Shown here: positions 60,044 through 64,000 of the stretch, one piece after another
Layout: each line of letters opens with the position of its first letter
Numbering within the stretch: the first letter of the stretch is position 1
Assembly (NCBI GenBank): GCA_963841065.1
Contig: CAWJBI010000031.1
Span: forward strand, 80,674 to 144,673
Direction of reading: 5' to 3'
Length of the DNA stretch: 64,000 nt
Origin: an uncultured Gammaproteobacteria bacterium
GTDB taxonomy: Bacteria; Pseudomonadota; Gammaproteobacteria; Chromatiales; Chromatiaceae
The notes under the pieces: model-generated
What the model was told of the DNA's origin: nothing
Database searches by the model: none
Seen by the model: the letters and a program-made list of their open reading frames with translations, nothing else
Program-made: the position numbers and the translations under genes

Positions 60044-61639
60044 ATGACCCTTCACCCTTCGCCCTCCAGCGACACCCCTAGGAGCTCAGCCCTCCGGGCG
60101 ACGAACCCCGATCTGATTTTTGAACGACCCGTAAGGGCCGTGCTGGCGCTCATTGGCGCCTTCCTGGTTCTGCGCCTGATCCTGGCCGCGACCCTCGGCC
60201 TGGGCGTCGACGAGACCTACACCCTGGCGAATGCGCGGGATCTCTCCCTCTCCTATTTCGATCATCCGCCCCTGCATTATTGGCTCATCCATCTCACCGT
60301 GCCGGTGCTGGGCGAGGGCCGCGCGGCGCGTCTGCCCTTCATCCTCCTATTCGCGGGTTCCTCCTGGCTGCTTTTCGCCTTGACCCGCCACCTCTTTGGC
60401 GCCCAGGCGGGGGTCTGGGCGGTGCTGGCGCTCAATTTATCGGCCTTTTTTACCCTGTCCGGTGGCGGTCTGGTACCGGATGGCCCCCTGCAATTCTTTC
60501 TGCTGGCCGCCGCCCTGGTGCTGGCCCGGGGGCTCTTCCCCGCCGGGGACCCGCCTTCGCCCTGGACGACCTGGCTGTTGGCGGGGCTGTGGCTCGGGCT
60601 GGCGGGGTTGTCGAAATACCATGCCGCCCTGTTCGCGCTGGGTCTGATCATCTATCTGATCAGCGTGCCCGCGCGGCGGTCCTTGTTGCGGCACCCGGCC
60701 CCTTGGGTGGGGGCCTTGATCGCTCTCATCGTCGTGTCGCCCGCCCTCATCTGGAATATGCAACATCAATGGGTATCCCTTGCCTTCCAGACGGGACGCG
60801 GCCTGCCCCAAGGACTCCGGGTCGGCCAGGTTTTCGCCAATATCGCGGGCCAGATGGTGTGGATACTGCCCTGGATCTTCGTGCCGCTGGTCATCGCCGC
60901 CTGGGGCGCCCTGCGCGCCGGGCGCGGGGCGGAGCGCTCCTGGTATTGCCTCTGCCTGGCCCTGCCCGCCATCACCCTCTTCACCATCGTGCCGCTCTGG
61001 GGTAGCCGGGGCCTGCCCCATTGGCAAATGCCCGGCTGGCTGCTGCTCTACCCGGTGTTGGGGGCTTACCTGGCGCGGGCCGCCGTGACAGGCTGGCCCC
61101 GGCGGTGGGCGATCACCTCCGCCGCCGCCCTGGTCGGTCTCATCTTTATCATCGTCGGCCATGCCGCAACGGGCCTGGGCCGCGTCTGGTTCCCGGGTCT
61201 CCTCGCCAAGGATCCGACCCTGGAGGCACTGGAGTGGACGCCCCTGCGCCACGAACTCCAGGCGCGTGGCCTGCTGGATCGCCCGGAGCTGTTCGTGGTG
61301 GTACCGCATTGGATCACCGCCGGCAAGATCGATCATGCGCTGGGGGATGCGCTGCCCGTCGTCGTCTTCGGCCAGGACCAGCGCCACTTTGCCTTCCGCC
61401 ATGACCCCGCGATTTTCGTCGGCCGCGATGCCCTCATAATGGGGCGAGCGGACGATATCGAGGAAGACCTACCCGCCCTGCGGACCTATTTCGAGAGTAT
61501 CGAGGAGTTGCCGCCCTTTGCCTTTGGCCGCTCCGGTCTGCGGGAGCTGGAGACGCGCATCCTGCTGGGCCGCACCTTGAAGTTGCCACTGCCGGCGGCC
61601 TACGGCAGGGCCATCACCCCCTTGGCCACCGCCAACTGA
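60044..61639 (+). CDS. GT-C fold glycosyltransferase, ArnT/PMT-like (family 39/83), copy 2
   Basis: 531 aa and multi-TM. Motifs GVDETYTLANARDLSLSYFDHPPLHYW and GLSKYHA. The start lies 7 nt after the PAP2 stop. Confidence 0.8.
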   Translation: MTLHPSPSSDTPRSSALRATNPDLIFERPVRAVLALIGAFLVLRLILAATLGLGVDETYTLANARDLSLSYFDHPPLHYWLIHLTVPVLGEGRAARLPFILLFAGSSWLLFALTRHLFGAQAGVWAVLALNLSAFFTLSGGGLVPDGPLQFFLLAAALVLARGLFPAGDPPSPWTTWLLAGLWLGLAGLSKYHAALFALGLIIYLISVPARRSLLRHPAPWVGALIALIVVSPALIWNMQHQWVSLAFQTGRGLPQGLRVGQVFANIAGQMVWILPWIFVPLVIAAWGALRAGRGAERSWYCLCLALPAITLFTIVPLWGSRGLPHWQMPGWLLLYPVLGAYLARAAVTGWPRRWAITSAAALVGLIFIIVGHAATGLGRVWFPGLLAKDPTLEALEWTPLRHELQARGLLDRPELFVVVPHWITAGKIDHALGDALPVVVFGQDQRHFAFRHDPAIFVGRDALIMGRADDIEEDLPALRTYFESIEELPPFAFGRSGLRELETRILLGRTLKLPLPAAYGRAITPLATAN

Positions 61640-61686
61640 TGCCGCCCTGCCAGCGGCCTCCCTCAAAACGAGCAAGTGAAGACGCC

Positions 61687-62673
61687 ATGAACCTGAAATT
61701 TTGGAAGAAGGGTCCTCCCCAGGGACCCGGGCCGGGAGAGGCGGGCTGGGAACAGTCCCTGCTGGAACGGGTCGTTACGGACAGCCTGCGGGAGCAGAGA
61801 CGGAGCCGGCGCTGGGGCATCCTCTTCAAACTGCTGATCTTTACCTATCTCTTTATCCTCCTGGGGGCCCTGTGGCAAGACAAGCTCGTCGATCGCCTGA
61901 CCCCGGCCGAGAAGCACACCGCCGTCATCGATATCAAGGGGGTCATCGCCGCGGGTACCCAGGCCGCCGCCGAGGATGTCATTGACGCCCTGGACAAGGC
62001 TTACGAGGACGAAAACACCAAGGGCATCATCCTGCGCATCAATAGCCCCGGCGGCAGCCCCGTGCAGGCGGGCCAGATCAATGACGAAGTGCGCCGCCTG
62101 CGGGAGAAGCACCCGGCTATCCCGGTGCATGCCGTGGTCTCGGATCTCTGCGCCTCGGGTGGCTACTATGTGGCCGTGGCGGCGGAGGCCATTCATGTGG
62201 ACAAGGCCAGCCTCATCGGTTCCATTGGGGTGCGCATCGATGCCTTTGGCTTCCAGCAGGCCATCGAGGAACTGGGTATCGAGCGCCGTCTGCTGACCGC
62301 CGGCGCCAACAAGGGCATCCTCGACCCCTTCTCGCCCTTGCCCGAGGCCCAAAAAGTCTTTCTTCAGGGCCAGTTGGATCAACTGCATCAGCAGTTCATC
62401 GGCGTGGTCAAGGCGGGGAGGGGCGACAGGCTCAAGGGCGGCGAGGAGCTCTTTAGCGGCCTCTTCTGGAACGGCGAGGACAGCCTCGAGCTGGGCCTGG
62501 CGGACCAGCTCGGCAGCACGGAATCGGTAGCCCGCGATGTGATCGGGGCCGAGAAGATTGTGGAGTTTACCGCCAAGAAGGATCTGTTCGAACGCCTGGC
62601 CGACCGGATGGGGACGGCCATGGTCAACGCCTTCGTTGAGCTGGCGGGCGGCGCCTATCCCATGGCCCGGTAA
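61687..62673 (+). CDS. sppA: signal peptide peptidase SppA, 36K type (S49)
   Basis: ATG at 61687. One TM segment. Blocks ILRINSPGGSPVQAGQI and SGGYYVA. Confidence 0.8.
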   Translation: MNLKFWKKGPPQGPGPGEAGWEQSLLERVVTDSLREQRRSRRWGILFKLLIFTYLFILLGALWQDKLVDRLTPAEKHTAVIDIKGVIAAGTQAAAEDVIDALDKAYEDENTKGIILRINSPGGSPVQAGQINDEVRRLREKHPAIPVHAVVSDLCASGGYYVAVAAEAIHVDKASLIGSIGVRIDAFGFQQAIEELGIERRLLTAGANKGILDPFSPLPEAQKVFLQGQLDQLHQQFIGVVKAGRGDRLKGGEELFSGLFWNGEDSLELGLADQLGSTESVARDVIGAEKIVEFTAKKDLFERLADRMGTAMVNAFVELAGGAYPMAR

Positions 62674-62715
62674 TCGAGAGGGATCGCGTCTAAACCGGTA
62701 ACGGCTAGACCGAAT

Positions 62716-63312
62716 TCAGTCCGGATCACCGAGGACAACGACACCCTCGGCCTCGAGCATGGCGATCAGCCGGATGAGGGGCAGCCCGACGAGGGCGCTG
62801 GGGTCGTCGCCCTCCAACCGCTCGAACAGGGCGATGCCCAGCCCCTCTGACTTGAAGCTGCCCGCGCAATTGTAGGGCCGTTCCCGGTCCAGGTAGCTGG
62901 TGATCTGGTTCTGGGTCAGGGCGCGGAAGTGGACGCGAAAGGGCTCACGCGTAACCTGGGCCCGGCCGGTGGCGCTGTTCAGGAGGCACAGCCCGGTCTG
63001 AAAGACCACGGCCTTGCCCGCGGCCTGGGTGAGCTGGGCCAGGGCCCGCTCGCGATTGCCGGGCTTGCCCAGGATCTCGTCATCGACGCAGGCCACCTGA
63101 TCCGAGCCGATTATCAGGGCCGCGGGGAAGGCCGCCGCCACCGCCTGGGCCTTGGCCTGAGCGAGTCGCGTCACCAGGGCCTCCGGGGACTCACCCATCT
63201 GGCGCGCCTCATCCACCTCCGGATTGGCGGTGAGGAAGGGCAGGCCCAGTCGCTGCAAGAGTTCGCGGCGGAAAGGGGAGGTGGAGGCCAGTACCAGGGT
63301 GGGATGCGTCAC
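62716..63312 (-). CDS. maf: Maf-family nucleotide pyrophosphatase
   Basis: 198 aa. Blocks [27 protein letters not shown] and GAYGIQ-like GSFKSEGLG. Confidence 0.8.
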   Translation of the reverse strand: MTHPTLVLASTSPFRRELLQRLGLPFLTANPEVDEARQMGESPEALVTRLAQAKAQAVAAAFPAALIIGSDQVACVDDEILGKPGNRERALAQLTQAAGKAVVFQTGLCLLNSATGRAQVTREPFRVHFRALTQNQITSYLDRERPYNCAGSFKSEGLGIALFERLEGDDPSALVGLPLIRLIAMLEAEGVVVLGDPD

Positions 63313-63454
63313 GGGGGCCTCGGCGCGGGATAAGCGGGGAGGGGAACTGACGGGGTAGGCTAGACCCGCTATTCAGGTCGTTAACGTCAGCTTGATCCGG
63401 GGCGGCGCGCTGGCGGGGCGAGAGATACCCGACCCGCGCAGCCAGGTGAGGCCC

Positions 63455-63883
63455 TCAGCGGGTGCGCGCGCAGACGCCCTCGGGGAAGAAGAAGGCGATC
63501 TCGACGGCAGCGGTATCCGGGCCATCGGAGCCATGAACCGCGTTTTCCGTCACCTCCTGGGCAAAGTCGGCGCGGATGGTGCCGGGAGCGGCCTTGGCCG
63601 GGTCGGTGGCGCCCATCAGTTCCCGGTTGCGGGCGATGGCATTCTCGCCTTCGAGGACCTGGACCATAATGGGCCCGGAGGTCATGAAATCGACCAGTTC
63701 GCCGAAGAAGGGGCGCGCCTGGTGGACGGCATAAAAGGCCGATGCCTGTTCGCGACTCAGGTGCAGCATGCGCGCCGCGATGATGCGCAGGCCGCCCTGC
63801 TCGAAACGTTGATAGATGTCGCCAATGTGATTCTTGGCGACCGCGTCGGGCTTGATGATGGAAAAGGTGCGTTCGATAGCCAT
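63455..63883 (-). CDS. ndk: nucleoside-diphosphate kinase
   Basis: 142 aa. [15 protein letters not shown]..., with the active-site motif NAVHGSD. Confidence 0.92.
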   Translation of the reverse strand: MAIERTFSIIKPDAVAKNHIGDIYQRFEQGGLRIIAARMLHLSREQASAFYAVHQARPFFGELVDFMTSGPIMVQVLEGENAIARNRELMGATDPAKAAPGTIRADFAQEVTENAVHGSDGPDTAAVEIAFFFPEGVCARTR

Positions 63884-64000
63884 GGGGCGAAGACTGCCTG
63901 GGTGGGTTGAGAAGGGAAGGGCGGGGAAGCCCGTCGGCGCGGTCGCGCCCTGCCGGCCCCAAGCCCGCCCGGCTAGGGAGGGCGAAGTTTAGTCCCTGAC

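Overview
GC-rich proteobacterial chromosomal segment with gamma-like local synteny (lpxB-rnhB, lolA-rarA, xseB-ispA, parE, ndk). I support about 55 protein genes. No rRNA, tRNA or CRISPR array is visible. Main blocks: (1) housekeeping genes, 1-5.4 kb; (2) a small lower-GC scar holding a beta-helix protein remnant; (3) two tandem MTA/SAH-deaminase-like amidohydrolases divergent from mtnA; (4) a ClpC-type ATPase; (5) a DctP/TatT pair with no TRAP permease, next to a TSUP permease; (6) the glyoxylate shunt, aceK divergent from aceB-aceA; (7) a clade-II-type N2O reductase cluster, nosZ-cytc-cytc-nosB-nosD-nosG-nosH-nosF-nosL-nosY, with FNR/DNR-like boxes; (8) phoU-pstBACS followed by an IS3-family remnant; (9) maeB, pbpG, folE2, ispA-xseB, parE and a DEAD-box helicase; (10) a GT2/GtrA + two ArnT-like GT-C + PAP2 cluster, probably envelope or lipid A modification; (11) sppA, maf, ndk. 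The most unusual signal is two copies of an unnamed nested-hairpin element. Each has a perfect but unrelated outer stem (25 bp and 32 bp) around a conserved 52-nt core of two hairpins. All stem differences between the copies are compensated, and both loops read as GNRA tetraloops on the minus strand. A second notable pattern is that apparent frameshifts are tightly clustered in nosD/G/H and pstSCAB, with single events in mtnA, the clpC-like gene and a cytochrome c gene, while long neighbouring stretches are clean. Several shifts sit in homopolymer runs, so local sequence error is at least as likely as real gene decay. Long antisense ORFs in the track are GC-driven shadow ORFs.
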